Program-made: the position numbers and the translations under genes
The notes under the pieces: generated by a model
What the model was told of the DNA's origin: nothing
What the model saw: only the letters and a program-made list of their open reading frames with translations
Database searches by the model: none
Origin: Moniliella sp. 'wahieum'
Lineage: Eukaryota
Direction of reading: 5' to 3'
DNA length: 64,000 nucleotides
NCBI GenBank assembly: GCA_003971905.1
Contig: RSEE01000030.1
Span: 620,001-684,000, forward strand
Part shown: piece by piece, positions 62,473 to 64,000 of the stretch
How the letters are laid out: each line of letters opens with the position of its first letter
Position numbering within the stretch: position 1 is the first letter of the stretch

Positions 62473-64000
62473 ATGACCCCATCTACGCACGATCGTGTCC
62501 CCCTTGGGTGGTCCGAAGTCCAGGCGTTGGGAGATATGGCGCGGGGCCGGGCTGTGTCGGAGCTGCTGGCCCATTGGCCTTGCTGGACCCAGCGGAGCGG
62601 CGATCCACCGCTGTGGGGCGACGAGGTGGAGCAAATGGTGGTCCTTCTGGATGCTGACAGGCGAAGGGCCCCACTCAGTATGGCCCAGGACCGGGTATTG
62701 ACAGCCCTCGCCACCCAATCCAACTCACCCACTGCCGGCATTGACTTTCCCAGTTTCCAACCCGAGTATGCCCGGTACATGATCGAGTCGTGCCCAGGTC
62801 AACCTTACGACGCATCTCCTGCCGGCCTGTGCCAAGTGGAGGCCAGCATGCAAGGCCGCAGGAAGCTGATCCAATCCTGCCTGGGCCCCAGGGAGAAGAC
62901 TATGACGCTCGCCACCTACCCTCTCCTGGGCATGTTGGGTTCTCACCGCGACGGCCAGCACGCGAACATGTCGCATTCGCTGGGCTGGAAGGCGCGTCTC
63001 TTTTTGGTCCTATTTTGGAGAGCTCTCTTCTTCCCGATGAGATTATCAGCCCCTTTCACCGCTACCGCACTTTGACGGCCAATGGACGCAAACTCAAGGG
63101 CAGCAAGCCCGCCATCCATATCCCGCTTTCAAGGACAAAAGGACGCGTGCCAGCTGGCGTCCCCATCCGGACGAAAACGGGACCATCCTGCATATGGGAG
63201 ACAGATTTACATGGACGCATTGCCCTTTGGCACAGGATGCTGTGGCCTGCAGGCAACCATCCAAGCTGAATCCCTCTCCCAAGCACGCCAGATCCACGAC
63301 CTCCTCGTCCCGCTTTCTCCCATTTTGCTCGCTCTCACAGCCGCGTCCCCCGCATTTAGGGGCGCTTTGGCCGATGTGGATTCCCATTGGATGGTATTGG
63401 CTCAGGCATTGGATGATCGTACCGAGGAGAACAACGGAACACACTTTTCTTCCAGTCTGATGGATGAAGGAGGCCGGGAGCGTCACTCAACGACACGGAG
63501 AAGAGCCGGTGGGACTTCCGAGTATGTACCTGGCTCTGCCTCCGCACTTGGCGGCCACCCCGGGTATGAGGATCCCCCGACGCTTCGCATTCACCAACGA
63601 TCGTATGAGACGTTGGTGCAAAATGGGATGGAGTCGGTTTTGGCACGTCACTTTGCCAGCATTTTCCACCACGATCCCCTGCTGTTGTACCCCCCGACGA
63701 CGAACCAAACGGAAGAAGGGGCACAGCAAGATGGCCCGACAGAGTATCTCGATCTCTTTCTAACTTCTATTTGGCCCGCCGTACGACTCAAGCCGCCCCT
63801 TTCGCATGATGGGCCCGGGTGGCGAGTGGAGATGCGGTCGATGGAAATCCAGCTGACGGATTTTGAAAACGCAGCGTTTACTACTTTTGCTGTGCTCCTC
63901 GTCCAGGCTCTGTTGGAGTTGGGGCTGTCGTTGCACATGCCTCTTTCGTCGTTGACTCCAACATGACCTGCGCTCAACAGCGCGGAGCCGGAAGCTCGAT
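62473..64000 (+). CDS. Glutamate-cysteine ligase (eukaryotic GCLC/Gsh1 family), divergent; probably runs off the window
   Basis: LWGDEVE, FQPEYARYMIESCPGQPY, IYMDALPFGTGCCGLQATIQ, LALTAASPAFRGALADVD, RLKPP..GPGWRVEMRSMEIQLTDFENAAF. The stop at 63966 is likely a frameshift. Confidence 0.88.

Overview
Eukaryotic, GC-rich fungal DNA, most likely a basidiomycete (short GT-AG introns with CTRAC branch points, DUF6534-type membrane genes, an intron-containing tRNA). The sequence looks like an unpolished long-read assembly, because conserved genes are broken by many 1-nt indels, so gene ends are approximate. Recognisable genes: NOT4, dynein light chain LC8, SPF45-like, CIA30/NDUFAF1, ASF1, VAC8, poly(A)-binding protein, a Num1/Mcp5-like PH protein, ATG5, a divergent glutamate-cysteine ligase, tRNA-Ala(AGC) and tRNA-Val(CAC). 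Also present: two DUF6534-like paralogues, two orphan membrane-protein paralogues, a NIS1-like small secreted protein and a ~1.1 kb inverted repeat (carrying a CCHC zinc-knuckle ORF) that brackets NOT4. The most unusual signal is in the intergenic DNA. It is full of 7-bp tandem repeats whose sequences differ but which all follow one rule, the interrupted palindrome x-w-T-N-A-w'-x'. About 14 of the 16 possible flank combinations occur, concentrated upstream of genes. This suggests a sequence-generating process rather than ordinary microsatellites; the mechanism is inference only.
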